In this document: piece by piece, positions 15,001 through 27,928 of the stretch
Numbering within the stretch: position 1 is the first letter of the stretch
Layout of the letters: each line of letters starts with the position of its first letter
From: Lepidodermella squamata
Lineage: Eukaryota; Animalia; Gastrotricha
DNA length: 64,000 nucleotides
Direction of reading: 5' to 3'
Assembly: GCA_047495785.1 (NCBI GenBank)
Contig: JBLDXI010000103.1
Coordinates: 166,247-230,246 of the forward strand
Notes under the pieces: model-generated
The model's input: only the letters and a program-made list of their open reading frames with translations
Database searches by the model: none
Told to the model about the DNA's origin: nothing
Program-made: the position numbers and the translations under genes

Positions 15001-15922
15001 AGCTGGGCGTAAATATTGGACATCTTGGTGGTCGGTTTACGACTTTGCCCACCTAGCCTCATGCATATTGTGGGCCGGAATGTTTGCGGCTCGATTTTTC
15101 GTTTTCCAAATGTTTGCAGGCCGTTTTAAGAAACGGGCCTATACCTACACTAATTTGGACCTTGTCGTACTCTATGATTCTGTAGTATCAGGGTTCGCAG
15201 CTTTCATAGTCGCGCTAGGCACGTTGAGGTTCATCCGACTTCTGAGGTTCGATCGAAGCATTATGCTGATGATGAAGACTCTTTCGAACTCGAGTAAGGT
15301 TCTCGCTAGTTTCTCCCTTGTTTTCGTTATTGTTTTCCTCGCGTTCACCCAACTCGGGTTCTTCACGTTTGGTAGCCATATCAAAGCATATTCGACTTTC
15401 CTAACGGCACTTGAGACACTTTTCGCGATGCAGCTCGGTGTTTTTGATTACATAACGTTGAGACAAAGTTTCCCACTTGCTGGCCCGGTCTTTTTCACGC
15501 TTTATTCGTTGATTGTTTCGATAATTTTGACAAATTTCCTCATCGCTTTTATTGTGTATGCGTACCAAGAGGCGTGCTGTGATGAGCAGTTGTCACAGCA
15601 AGAACAGGCCGTTTTGATTTTCATGCTGGACAAATTCAAAAAATTCATTGGTATCACCCAGAAACAGCCGCCTTCACTTGGAATCGATCGAAAATTCTTC
15701 TATTTCGAAAAAGGTAGTTTTAGCCATTTCTTAGAGTGGATTAAGCAATTTAATTCCATTATAGCTGTTCGTGAATCCCATTTGGAGACATTTACCAAGC
15801 AAATGGACGAATTGTTGAAACGGCTTGATACTCATATTGAGAAGACCAAAACGCAGCATCACAGAATGTTCGATAAGAAAGTCATGGACAGGCAAAGCAA
15901 TCATGTTTATACAACTGACTGA
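1..15922 (+). CDS. PKD1L: Polycystin-1-family (PKD1-like/REJ) giant membrane protein; multi-exon, 5' end outside window
   Basis: Consecutive ORFs join through short GT-AG introns (checked in phase for the 5' junctions, e.g. exons <1-93, 149-282, 414-1739, 1914-...; short in-frame intron near 15713-15763). Domains read directly: C-type lectin-like repeats, F5/8C motifs (YQLKYSTDGKVW...ARYIRL; IRRIRVVP...IEFSGC), PKD-type repeats (VYYGDG, WVFGDG, VDFGSD), REJ, GPS (CVFWD...WSYEGC...CFCNHLTAFG), PLAT (YEITVWTG...GAGTTA...LRIWHDNSG), polycystin channel (RLRQLRV, WLDEKTRAVFIEF, GPVFF). Confidence 0.95.
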
Positions 15923-16238
15923 AAAATCCTGATTTTTCTCCACTTATTCTAAGTAGAAAGCTTTATCTAATCATTACTCCCAATCTGAAACTAATGACGA
16001 AATGAAATTGTATACCATCGACTTCGGGTTCTGTTCATGCGATAAAGGTAGAGATGAGGGAAATGAAAGATGAAAGAATACAAAATGTTGATATTGACTT
16101 TTTAAGCTTCGAGCTTAAGCCACCGTCCACAGTCCACACGAGCAGGTCACGCGTTTAACCACATTATTACCGCTAATCCACCATTAAACTCGCCATACAA
16201 AGGCATGCGTGCTACAGAGTCCAGACCCGCCACTAACC

Positions 16239-18140
16239 ATGATTTTCACTCTGCCTCTTGCCATTTTCTCGGTCATTGTTACCGCGTCCGCTTTAGATTT
16301 GAACCAATGTGGCGCTTCTTTTTCACCTAATGACCATCCATGGACAGCTAAACTGAACTTTTACGATAAATCTGCTTCGGTGATCCAACAATGCGGCGGT
16401 GTGTTGATCGATCAAAAATGGGTCCTAACAGCCGGCCATTGCTTAAAATCCGAAAATATCTCTCAAATTGATATCAGCCTGGGGCGGCCTAACTACGCCA
16501 TAGAAACTTTGAATGAGGTCAAACGAACCTCAACCGAATTCTACGTCCATCCCGACTATTCAGAAGGCCCCGATGGCTTTTACGACTTCGACTACGCCTT
16601 GGTTGCTTTGGATGCCGCGGTCCAGTTCAACTCAGCTGTTCAGCCAATCTGCCTCCCGAACTCTGATGAATGTGACCAGGAAATCGAGGAGTGTCAAACG
16701 GCTTCGAGCGTATCATGGCGCGTTTCTCCCGATACTTATTTCAACTTGCTAAAATCGTCGAATCTTCGCTTAAATGCGCCTCAGATGTGCGAGAGAATGT
16801 TAGGCGGCTTGACTGACAATCAGATGTGTGCATCCGCGATTGAGCGGATCAAAGATACCTGTAATGGAGATCGTGGAGGGGGCCCTTTAGTGTGCCGGAG
16901 TTCAGTGGATAGTAAAGCGAAGCTCATAGGTATTTCGTCCAATAATGACGACTGTCCTACAATGGGAAAACCGGAACTTTTTGCGAGAATCTGCAGCGCT
17001 ATGGATTGGATCAGTTCAAGAAATACTGGTTCCTTAGCAGGTAGAAGCCAATAATCAATGTTAAACTTATTTAATTTTTGATAAATTATTAATAATTTAT
17101 TAATTAATTGATAATTATCAATCAAATTTTGATTGCTTCAGGTCTTTTTTCAATGCCCAACTTAGGAACCTGCGCAGTGCCTTTCGATGAAGTTGGAACG
17201 TTCCGTTTCATGTCGAACGATAGCGATAGGTTCGACTCGATCGAATCAGGGAAACGCCTACCTGTCAATACCACTCTGTCACTGAGATGCTTCAGCCAGC
17301 AAAGCAAATCTGAGAGCTTTTCAATTTGCAGACAAAATGGCAAATGGGACCCGGCAATTCCACCTTGCCTGAAGGTAGATTTTTGAATTACTGAAATTTC
17401 CGATATAATCCGGTTTAATTTTTACCCAGCAACAAATTGGTTTCCAATTGAGCTTTGCGGCGTTAACAGGAGATGCGGACAGGCTGCAACGATTGGTGAC
17501 TCAATACAAAACATTTCAAGTTAACAATCGCGATGAATTCGCCACGAAAGTTTGCAAGATCGATGGCAAGAACGTGACACTACTATTCCGAGCCCTTCAA
17601 TGCAATAGGAATGAAACGACAGTCATCTCCACCATCAAAGTCCTTTTGGCAAGTGGAGCAGATGTTAATCGATTGAACTATTTCGTGGATGTGGGCTCGA
17701 ATCGATCGCTTGATCTTCCGGCGTTGCATTCCGCGCTGTATCTGAACCAAGGTTTGGCGGTTATCAAATTGTTGGTTGAAAATCGAGGCGATGCCGTTGG
17801 TAGGCAGGGAAGTGGTGAGAGGACTGCTTTGATGTTTGCGACTCAAAACTCAACTATCGAAGTGATGACCTATCTATTGAAGTCTGGCGCAAATTCGACG
17901 TTGAATGCGCGGGATAAAGCTGGGTCGACTGCTCTGAAAATTGCGGTGGATGTTGAAGATGCGGATAAGGTGAGGTTTTTGCTGCAGAATGGTGCTGCGA
18001 CTTCGATTGATGAGAACAACAAGTCCGGCTGGTCGGCTTTGATGGCAGCTGTTCGTGTATCGAGCGATGCGGAGTTGGTTGAGCTTGTTCGGAAGCTCAT
18101 CATGATAGGTCGCATTCGAAATGGCCTATCGGCGACTTGA
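16239..18140 (+). CDS. Secreted serine-protease homologue (inactive) + sushi/CCP + ankyrin repeats, 3 exons
   Basis: Signal peptide MIFTLPLAIFSVIVTASA. Trypsin fold: CGGVLI, LTAGHC, DYAL, and GDRGGGP in place of GDSGGP. Exons 16239-17040, 17142-17374 (C...LRC...C-RQNGKWDPAIPPC) and 17430-18140 (GADVN, TALMFA, TALKIA, WSALMAA) join in phase via GT-AG introns. The exact 3' end is less certain. Confidence 0.8.
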
Positions 18141-18517
18141 GAGTGATCGTCAATTGGATATCGCAAAGATTGATTACATGAAGAGCTGTCCGTTAATAAA
18201 TGTGAAAGATGGGGTAGATAGAATTGTGGTGAAATAGAACCTTTTGAAGCCCTCTCGTAATCTTCGCCTATTATAGCATACATACGACCTTTTTGCAGTG
18301 TTTCCTCGGCGCGATTTTGGACCCCGTGACCCTGAGTTATCAAAAGTCTGTTTGAAAGAAATCAAATATTGGAAAACCCCAACTTCGAAGATAATAGACC
18401 CCAGAAAACAAAGTTAATTTGTTGGTGTTTTTTATTTCTGAAGACCAACAGCAGCCTCATTCCTCATCCACTAAGCCCGGTAGCAAAGCTCTGCCTGTGA
18501 AGTTCAAGCTCTTTGAA

Positions 18518-18850
18518 TCAAATTTGTGATTTGATGGAACGCAGACAGATATTGCGGCAGTGTGCGAACGATCGGAATGACATGCCGCGGACTTCCTTGA
18601 CGCGGCATGCGCTGTACTCAAGGACACATTCCTGGCGTTTAGCGTCGAATACGATGAAGTAAGGAAAGTCGCCGCCGATCTCGCAATATAGATAAGTCGG
18701 CTCGTAGAGGCACCGCTCATCGCCACCGTTGTAAAGCCTGTCGTCAATTGGCAGGTCGGCCGGCAGCGGATCGTCTTTGATCAGCTTGACATCGTAGCAG
18801 CTTGCGATCGTAACCAGAATCGCTAGAGTTAGGAAACGGGCTGAAATCAT
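18518..18850 (-). CDS. Small secreted divergent Kunitz/BPTI-like protein, copy 1
   Basis: Signal peptide MISARFLTLAILVTIASC; six cysteines spaced C-x8-C-x18-C-x6-C-x15-C-x3-C with F.S...C...C ending, close to the Kunitz pattern. Confidence 0.7.
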   Translation of the reverse strand: MISARFLTLAILVTIASCYDVKLIKDDPLPADLPIDDRLYNGGDERCLYEPTYLYCEIGGDFPYFIVFDAKRQECVLEYSACRVKEVRGMSFRSFAHCRNICLRSIKSQI

Positions 18851-19874
18851 GATTTTAGGCTCGGAAAACAGCAAATAATTAACTGAATCAAAATGCTAAG
18901 AATGCAAGTTATGTTCGGCTGATATAATCAGATGAAGTAGCGTCTAATATATTCAGATACGTGAGAAGAATCTTGAGACGACACGTTTCCAAGTTTTCAA
19001 ATACTCGCAACTGGTGCATGTCGAGCCATTTTGAATATACACTCAAATCGCCCCGCATTCCAGCCTATGTTTAGCCTAGTATCGCCTACGTGAGAAAAAT
19101 CATGTGACGATGTTTCCAAATTTGCAAGTACTTGTTAACTGGCGCGTGACTAGTTTTCATCCAAATTTTCGAAAAAATAACTTTAGGGCTGAAAATTGCA
19201 GTTTAGGTTTATCTATAGGTACTGAATATTGAATATGAAAATGAATCTTTCATGGCGTCTGAACTGCGGATAGCTGATTTTTATACCATGGCTTAGCTGC
19301 CCCAATTGCATCAGCCTATTTCTAGGCAAACTCGGCATGAAAAGGGGAGAGATTTCTTGAAATTATTTCTTTCTACTATTTACAATTTACACACAAACAT
19401 AGGCATGATTTTTCATAGTTTTCTGAGTTTTCAAACTGCGGGAAGAAAATTGCGAGCTTTGTGGCTAGCAGTTTGCGATCGAATCAGCCGACAAAGGTCC
19501 GCGTGAGCGTTGGCTAATAAACCAAAGCCAGCTAAAAAAGGCCTACTGGCGAAAATTGCTAATAATTCGGGTTCATTATCCTATCCAAAATGTAGGATAT
19601 TTGTTACTAATAAACCTAATTTCCTGGTGATATTTTCACCCCTCACATCGGCATGGACAGCAATGCCCGTTGATCTGCGACATCGCACCCCTTGGTTCTC
19701 ACCATATATGCTTGTGAAATTGGCCAACAGAAAGGGGGCGGTTTAGTATTAGTTTATTAGTTGAATTTTTAATGACATCGGAAATTTCCGGAATTCATTA
19801 CATGCGACACATTCCCAGGTTATAGTCATCAATCCCTCCACTATTTTCTATTCATACAATCCGTGCCTGCCGAA

Positions 19875-21310
19875 TTAGCTGTTCATCACTTGTCTGATCC
19901 ATGCGATCAAGTTATCGGTCACACGGGCGCCAACAGAAAGCTTCTTCTCTCCACATGCTCCATCGCCGAAGCTCGTCAATCCGACGAGTGTCCAGCGCCT
20001 ACCTGCTCCATTTATTGGCTTATCAATAGTAGCCCATGGGCCTCCAGAATCCCCTTTGCAAGTGCTGCGGTGCTGGGAAGCATCTTCGCATATCATCTAG
20101 GAAAATATGAAGGAAATACTCCATGATTTTCATGTCAATCAAAAACTCACTGTTCGATCGTCAACGCTGCTTCTGACCTGCTTGCATTTCTATAAATGTT
20201 CAAAACAGAGCCTAAGTTTTGATGATCATGCCACCATAATCCATAATATGAGATACGAAACGCGATTTTTAGATATTTGTGAGCTACGTCGATTACTCTT
20301 GGATCTAGGGATATCCCTTGCAACAAGGCGAAGCGTGGTGAAATGCTACTACTGAAAAACTAACTAAAGTAGGCATAAAATGCAAAGCGCGGTAATCGGA
20401 AATGCTCTAGTCATAATCACCGTCGTAAAACAACCTTCATCGGCATAATCGGAACTGTTAGCTGCTGCAATCTAGGGCTTATGCTATTGTACCCGGTTCG
20501 GCCAAAGCCAGTCAACGTGATAGATGTATCGTAGTCGTAGTATGGTGTTCTTTCTTTAAACAGGCAAATCGGCGAATAATATTCGGTGAATTCATCCAGT
20601 GGAGCTGATAAAGGCGATATTCAGCAAATGGAGAAAACAATAAAAATATTCAATTGTCCGCTTACCAATGCGAGCAAGTGCGTAGTCGTTGCTATGAGAG
20701 ATACGTGGGTTGTACTCGGGGTGCTTGAAAAGCTTAATTGCTCTAATAGGCTTAAGAGTGGAGCCATCGCCGGACACAATCTTGTCATTGTACTTAAACT
20801 GAGCACCAAGATAAACTTCCAATTTCAAGACAGGCGATACTAAGCAGTGTGCCGCTGTCAAGATCCATTCTCGATCAATCAAAACACCGCCACATGAGTA
20901 AGTACCATCGCTAGTTTCCGTGCTGATAGCATCGAGGAGTAACAGCTATCAAGAAGTGGTTTTATTCCAACTTACAATAGTAGCGTTTGGTAAGGAAAGT
21001 CGGCAACATTGGCATCAGATCCACCGTTGATGTCTATCCGGTTTTCTCGCGTGGCTTTCCCGTAGCCACAGTAACGAGGGGAAAAGGCGTCCAGCCATTC
21101 ACCCGGCCGCCGCGGTTCGATCGGCGCTGGTCCAGAAACTGTTTTTAGCAATCTTTCTGCCATCTCCAGCAGCTTAGCAATGCTTTCGATTTTCCCCGAA
21201 TCTGACACGTTTCTCCGCGTGAACCGATCATCAGGATATCTGGGTGGCTTATGCCAACAACCAGCTAGATGTGGAGTAATTAAAAAAGCAGCAAAAATTA
21301 AAAGCATCAT
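19875..21310 (-). CDS. Secreted S1 serine protease with complete catalytic triad, 5 exons
   Basis: Signal peptide, propeptide with CGYG, RIDINGG...FPYQ, CGGVLIDREWILTAAHC, NDYAL, SPICL, LTGFG, CKGDSGGP; exons join in phase with GT-AG introns. Confidence 0.9.
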
Positions 21311-21849
21311 AATTTTTCGAAATTTATATTAATAAGTATTAGAAATGCTGAAAGTTATATTCTGTACAAGCTTTATATAAGCCGATAAGTATTCCCTATT
21401 CAGTGAACCAGACTCGTCTCTACGTACCTGGAATAAATTGCGTGGGATTCAACTTTCGGATTAACTGGAAGAATAAGCGAGTCTGCAATATGGATCGAAT
21501 TTTTAATGGGCATGTTAGAAAGGTCTCGTTGATGTGAATCACCTCCGCGGAAAAGGCAGCCTCGCGTGACTCAGATGTGTCCCAAGACTTGCCAAAATAT
21601 GCAATGATCCGGAGTGACCGCTTGGCACCAAAATCTTAGCACTCAATGAATGTTGAGTGGATCTCATCCTCCGCAATGCGCATCAATACCAGAGCAATGC
21701 CAGAGCAATCACAATGAATACATGTTTCTAGCGCTTTTTCATGATTGACGAAGTTCCAGACCTGAACATACTGATTTATTTTTGCAATTTGTCTCGCGAC
21801 GTTTAGCAATTAAAAAGGGTCGAGGCGCCACACCACTGATACAGTATAT

Positions 21850-22085
21850 TGTTCCAGTTCACATGCAATGCTTCTTGTATATTTCACGAAATTAAAATGA
21901 GAGCTATTTACGACCTCAGAGGGTATAGAATTCCACGCCGCACGCACAGGTCGCACAATTGACATCGCCACCCCCGGGATCCCCCTGGGCCTTGGGCGCC
22001 CGAACTGAAGTGTAAAAGCTTCACGAGCCGAAACGACCGCTTTCTGATTGTTTTTCTTCGGTAGTCCTTTTCTGGCCAGGCTCAC
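21850..22085 (-). mobile_element. Probable 3' remnant of a CR1/L2-clade LINE ORF2
   Basis: RPVRAAWNSIPSEVVNS resembles the R..N.WNSLP..VV motif that ends CR1/L2-type ORF2 proteins; no RT core visible. Confidence 0.5.
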
Positions 22086-22395
22086 TTGAGAAATTCAGTT
22101 GGTACAAACAATGTTGTGCAATCAACTTGTAGAAGTGCTGTCGGCTGTTGTGAAAAATTGATTATAATGCGTTGTTTTGTTATCGTTAGCTTACTAGGAA
22201 CATGGCTGTCTCTGACGGTAATTCCTGCGGCTCAGTTGATGTCCTACTCCTGCCAATAGATGAGAATGTTAGTCGTTGTGAGAATTATAACTGATTCAAC
22301 CATTTATCCAATATAAAAAAAAATATTATTTATATAAGCGTTTTTACTTCATCAGCAAAGTGCTCTTTAACTACTTCTCAGTCCGTTGATTCAAA

Positions 22396-22758
22396 CTAAG
22401 CTCTGCCTGCGGCGTTCAAAGTCTTCGAATCGAAGGTATTCGAACGGAGACAGATATTGCGGCAGTGTGCGAACGATCGGAATGACATGCCGCGGACTTC
22501 CTTGACGCGGCATGCGCTGTACTCAAGGACACATTCCTGGCGTTTAGCGTCGAATACGATGAAGTAAGGAAAGTCGCCGCCGATCTCGCAATATAGATAA
22601 GTCGGCTCGTAGAGGCACCGCTCATCGCCACCGTTGTAAAGCCTGTCGTCAATTGGCAGGTCGGCCGGCAGCGGATCGTCTTTGATCAGCTTGACATCGT
22701 AGCAGCTTGCGATCGTAACCAGAATCGCTATTGGAGCTAGGAATCGTGTTGAAAGCAT
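22396..22758 (-). CDS. Small secreted divergent Kunitz/BPTI-like protein, copy 2
   Basis: Core nucleotide sequence identical to copy 1; signal peptide MLSTRFLAPIAILVTIASC; different C-tail. Confidence 0.7.
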   Translation of the reverse strand: MLSTRFLAPIAILVTIASCYDVKLIKDDPLPADLPIDDRLYNGGDERCLYEPTYLYCEIGGDFPYFIVFDAKRQECVLEYSACRVKEVRGMSFRSFAHCRNICLRSNTFDSKTLNAAGRA

Positions 22759-23386
22759 GATTTTCGGCTCGGAAAAGATCAAATATTTAACAGAATCAAA
22801 TTGTTGAGAATGCAAGGTATGTTCGGCTGCACGTAGCTTCTGATATATTCAGTTACGTGAGAGGAATCCTGAGACAATATGTTTCCAAGTCTTGAATACA
22901 TTTGTGAACTGGTGCTTGACGGTTCTATCCACCTTTTGAAAAGGCGCTAAACATTCGCTGCTAAAATTGAGGTTCTAGCCATTCCTTTCCCGTTATTCTT
23001 TGCGATGCTGGTCCCCTGATCAGGAAAAATCATTGATTTATAAAGTCAATACTAGAAATCGACATCGGCTCAGCAATCTAGGATGATGGAAAGGTTCAGC
23101 TTATAATGGAGGCTTGATTAACCTACTATTAAGAAAATCAACAGCTGGACCTTTAATTTGGGGTTGGAACCCTGGACCCTGGGTTCAGAGTTGGCCAAGT
23201 ACCAAGTACCAACAGAATATTTTTTTGTCTCTTATCATCACCGAGCACTGGCGATTTAATGTGAACATGTCATCTTCACAACGGAATAATTCATCAAAAA
23301 TATTATAATATAATTAAATACACAAAAAACTACGATTGTTTGATCTAAACTATTTGACTGCTGTTTCACGTGTTGGGGCGTGTTAA

Positions 23387-23864
23387 TCACTGATTTATTG
23401 ACTTCACTTGCGACTGGCGGTGGTTGGCGAAGATTTGCAGCGGGTTCGCGCTGGCGCCGTGCTTCGCCTTCGATAGGCAGAACAGCCAGAATTCGACTGA
23501 AAGCTGACGAGATGAACCGTCCACAAGCACTGAAAAGTATAAAAGTAATTTTAGCAAATTTGTAAAAAAATTAAAAAATTGAACAATTCAATTTTTAAAT
23601 TTGGGACTTTTAAAATTTAAAATTTCCATTCAACGGAATTTTTCCAATCGATTTTTATTATATCAATCAACTTTTTCTGTGACATTTTTTGAATTATTCC
23701 TTACTTTGTGCCAATTTAGCGAGAGGGATGTCGAGTTGCGCCCGTTTGGCTTCGATCCACTGGCCACATGTAAATTGATCGGCCGCCTTCAACGGATTTT
23801 CTCGGCATTGAACCGCCACCAAGCAGACCAGGCTAGCCAAAACAATGCTCGCGAATGACTGCAT
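23387..23864 (-). CDS. Small secreted two-cysteine-domain protein, paralogue A (~100 aa, 2 exons)
   Basis: Signal peptide MQSFASIVLASLVCLVAVQC; phase-1 intron (A|gtaagg ... ttttcag|TG) yields TCGQWIEAKRAQLDIPLAKLAQMLVDGSSRQLSVEFWLFCLSKAKH..., which aligns with paralogue B. Confidence 0.75.
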
Positions 23865-24529
23865 AGCGATGATATTTAGAGATCTTTTTGTCAAAATTCT
23901 ATAGGTAAAAATAATAATAAGTTTATTTCGGCAATTCTTGGAAAATAATGGGCTTTAGCGAAGTTTCAAAATTTCAAGATTTTTTTGAAATTCCGTCAAA
24001 ATTCTAGGAGAGGGGTGGATAAATTCTGAAGCTTGGGAACAATTTAACATTTTTGTCCGCTTTTTAAATGGAATTTATAAAATATTTATGAAATATTTTG
24101 CGATTTTCACGTGGCTTAAGAATTTGCATTGAACGTCGTCATCGCTGAGTTTTAGTTCAACTGCGTGACTTTCCAATGCCTATCGCCTATCGCCAATGAC
24201 GCATAACGTGATGAATTCTGAAATTCGCCATAACATCGTTAACGAAATATTATAATATGTGGTTAATTAGCAAAGAAAACAACTGCGGTGTCGTGTGAGA
24301 CCTGATACGGCGAGGCGAAGCGATCAGGTAGCCACGTGGGCTCATCAGGCGCGATCGCGAGCGATAAACATCTCCGCGGGGATTTGTAGGCAGTGTGAAA
24401 CCATACGCGGCACTGTAAAGTGCCGGCTTATAATTTTTTGATGGAGCGAACCTGGATAGTGGAAAGCAATTAGATTTTATCAGAAGTTTTCTGGAATTCA
24501 GATTTCCGAATTCAAAAAAGGCAGGCCGT

Positions 24530-24654
24530 CATAACAGCAAAAGCGACAAAACAGCAAATTTGTCTACTTGTGACATATTAGCAGAAGCATAGAATAAAAT
24601 TTGCTGTTTTGACGCATTTGCTGTTCTGCGCAGTTGCTGCTTTGTCGCCATACC
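24530..24654. repeat. Short imperfect foldback/MITE remnant
   Basis: aacagcaaaagcgacaaaacagcaaattt is mirrored by aaatttgctgttttgacgcatttgctgtt about 35 bp downstream. Confidence 0.55.
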
Positions 24655-27600
24655 CAAAATTACCCTGAAAAAGCGACCGCTCTGAATTGAGAAATTTGGA
24701 TGAAATTTTAGCTTTTCGAAAGTCGATTATTGATTCTAATTTTCGATAAGACTTATAATATGAGGATTTATTGAAATTGAAAATGGCTGAAAAAACTGAA
24801 TAATAGCAGTCTGACTAAATTTTTCCAGCTTTTATTCGCAAAATTTGAACGTTTTCGTGACAATTTTTGTTGGTCATCAAACATGAAAGTCTCGCCAAAT
24901 TCGCATTTCAAATGTTTAATCAAAAGCGGGGGTCAATATTTGGCAACTCGGCTCATAATAAATGTTATATTTGCGAATAATCGCAAAATGTATCCACCGT
25001 GACTAATAATCTAATCCTGCGGTATTAGTCGTTTCCGGACATTTGATGAGATACTAAAAATAGAGAGAAGCAATTATTTGAATTGATTTGAGGCCAAAGT
25101 CTTGGATTTCTTATCGAAAAAATTGTGAAATTATTAACAAATGGGTATTAGAATAAATCACTATTCACAAAACTTGTAACATTTAATTAATTAATTTAAA
25201 TTCACATTAATCCGCTCAAACAAACATGAAAATTCGGCCGGAAATTTTCTTGAACAAAAACTCTAATATTGCGCATTTTAAATATTTCATATGCATTTAT
25301 GTACAGCTATTGCGATGTTCATGGGATCAAATACCGCGCTGATTCACCATTATACTTCGCCTACGGAGGGCGTGTTAATTAGCCGTTAACTGCTATTTGA
25401 ACAAAATTCTAACAGGTATAATGTATAGATGACGCACTTGGACATTTTCAATTGCGATGCCCGTTCGTACCTATAATTAGCCAAGAGGACCCAGTGCGAT
25501 GGAAATTTGATATTTTATTGCGGGGATTGGGAATAACTGAAAAGGCGCTGTGAGGCACGCCAGCTCATTAACTACATGCCCAGACATGATGGCTATCATT
25601 AATTAAGACAAACGTCGCACTTCTTCTTGCAAGTTTTTTCAAGTTCAGTTGTGTCCAAAAAATCCAAGAAATTTCGAAAATATGTTACCCGAGAATTTAG
25701 GAAAAATAAGTTCGGAAAAATTACTACAACTTATTTTTATTTATGAAATTAATGAATAGAAAATTTTCGAGATGTATAATGAAGAAGTAAGGGAGGGACA
25801 AATCAATTTCTCTCTTGTCACTTGAGATAATTTTTATCCTTTTTAGTCGCTGAAGTGATTTGCTATTTTTAGCCCAACTATTATAAAAAATTATAAATTG
25901 TAAATAGCTTCTGGTCAAATATTATAAAAATAACATTTAAATTCGATTTCCGTTTGAACCAAATTGCTTATAAATAATATTTAATGAATTAGGCGCAAAG
26001 CCGCGCTTTTGCGGTTTTTATATGCGCGGAGTTTTTTTTTACGATTTTTATTTCATTCACTGATATTGAATGCGTTGGCGTGTTTTTCCCGACCCCGGAC
26101 AATGAAAATTGCGATAATATTCCGAACGAAGTCCCTGGTGATTTGTTAAGCGAGACACTAGAATTAGCGTGGGCAGGTGTACGGCCAGGTATTCTGATTT
26201 AGATAAAAATAACGGATTTTGCAGATTATCATCGGATTTCGTGCCTGTTTAATGCGATAAAAATGGGACCCACTGTGCGTTTCAGATGTGGAGGGACACT
26301 TTTCGCAGACAAGTTTTGCTATGTGGAACTCTGGATTATAGTTGCACTCGGTAAAAACGGGATTGCATTTCAAGGTTTTCAACAAGGTCCCAGATTATTT
26401 ACCTGACTGAAAAAAACAGAAATTACGAAAAATAATTCGAATTATTGCAATTTACATACAAATTCCAGGTTAAATTTGGGAGAAATTAATGAAGCGTGAC
26501 TAGCTGAATATCGTCGATCTATTTTGAGATCCGCCTGTCTCCATTTACGGGATTAAACGTATAGTCTTTTATTGCTAAAAGGAAAGCGTTGGCGCAGTTA
26601 CATCGCGTGAAAAAAATGGAAATATAATTCACTCACTCAACGGAAGCGGAAACACGCATCAGCAATAAAAAATGCGTTGTTGAACTCAATAAGACGACCG
26701 CGTAATATAACTCTGCGGTTTCCCAGGGCCGCGATAATTTGAAGATAATGTGATGCGAATTTTGATCGATGTAAAATTAGATGAAAATAGGCAAAATAAT
26801 GCGAGGGCGAAAAAATGACTGTTAAATAATTTTTAATCTAAAAAATAATTATCAGGAATCTAATAAATATTCAAATTTCGATAATTTGAATATTCATACA
26901 ATAATCCCTATTTTTGCTAACTTCGACATATTTGCGATATTTGACCATGTTTGACCAGTTTTTCTTCGTTTTTTTTTGCTCTCATGATTCAAGCTGAGAT
27001 TCCCAACCCAATCCACGTGATAAATCCCGCTCTAAATTGATGTTTCTTATTGGGTTGATTCTCATAATAGACCCATGTTGTAGCCGAGAGGTACGAGAGC
27101 TAAACAGCGTGTTGTTGCCGCTACTGCTTCGATGCTGTTTTCCAGGCCGAAAATATATCCGCAAATCAATCACCTCTTAGATGTTTCATCAATCAATTCA
27201 GTGGCTTGTGGCTTGCTGTGTGAAAACAGCCTGAGACGATCAATCAACCTTGACATCGCAACTATTATTTCGCGCAATATTTAAAATTATTTCGTGTTAT
27301 GATTGGCGGATCATTTGCGCAATTTTCCTTATTTTTTATTCTTATTTTTCCTCATCCTATTTATTTATTTTCCTTGTTTTAGAAATAATTTCAGAAAATT
27401 GCAATGAAATGTAAAATATGAATTTGAATAGAAAAACGATTTTTAGCAAACTTCATTTCATCAAAAACTCCGAAATGACCTAATAATTTCTTGGGCTATA
27501 ATTTTTTTTGGATTATTGTCTTTACATCCAATGTCTTCAAGCGAGACGATTTTCTTTGTCTGTAAAATGTTATTCATTTATTTTTTGCTGCTCAGCTGAC

Positions 27601-27928
27601 ACGTAGCGATGACATGTTACAGGTAGATCTTTCTATCGACATGGCGGCGCTCGGTCAAAAGAGGCAAAAACACGCCGCCGAAATGATATTTATAAGAGGA
27701 TTTTTTGCTGTAACTGACGTTATTAAAAGGCAATAATCATCAACAACTCGTGTTCAACATTCAAAACACGGCTTTTTTCCTCCTTTTCATACAATATATA
27801 CGTGTTATCTTCAACCTTAATCCGATGACGCTGAATCAATTTCTAAAACTTGGTTTAAAATTCTTCAATAATTAATAAAAATCTTAATATTTTCTAGCAT
27901 TTATATTTTCCATCGATTTTATTCGAAA

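Noticed and set aside
1-15922. Fragmented ORFs suggesting an operon, readthrough, frameshifting or an alternative genetic code
   Set aside because: The breaks examined are explained by short canonical GT-AG introns that preserve frame.
26164-26385. Possible second LINE 3' remnant or small gene
   Set aside because: Similarity to the LINE ORF2 tail is too weak to support without a search.
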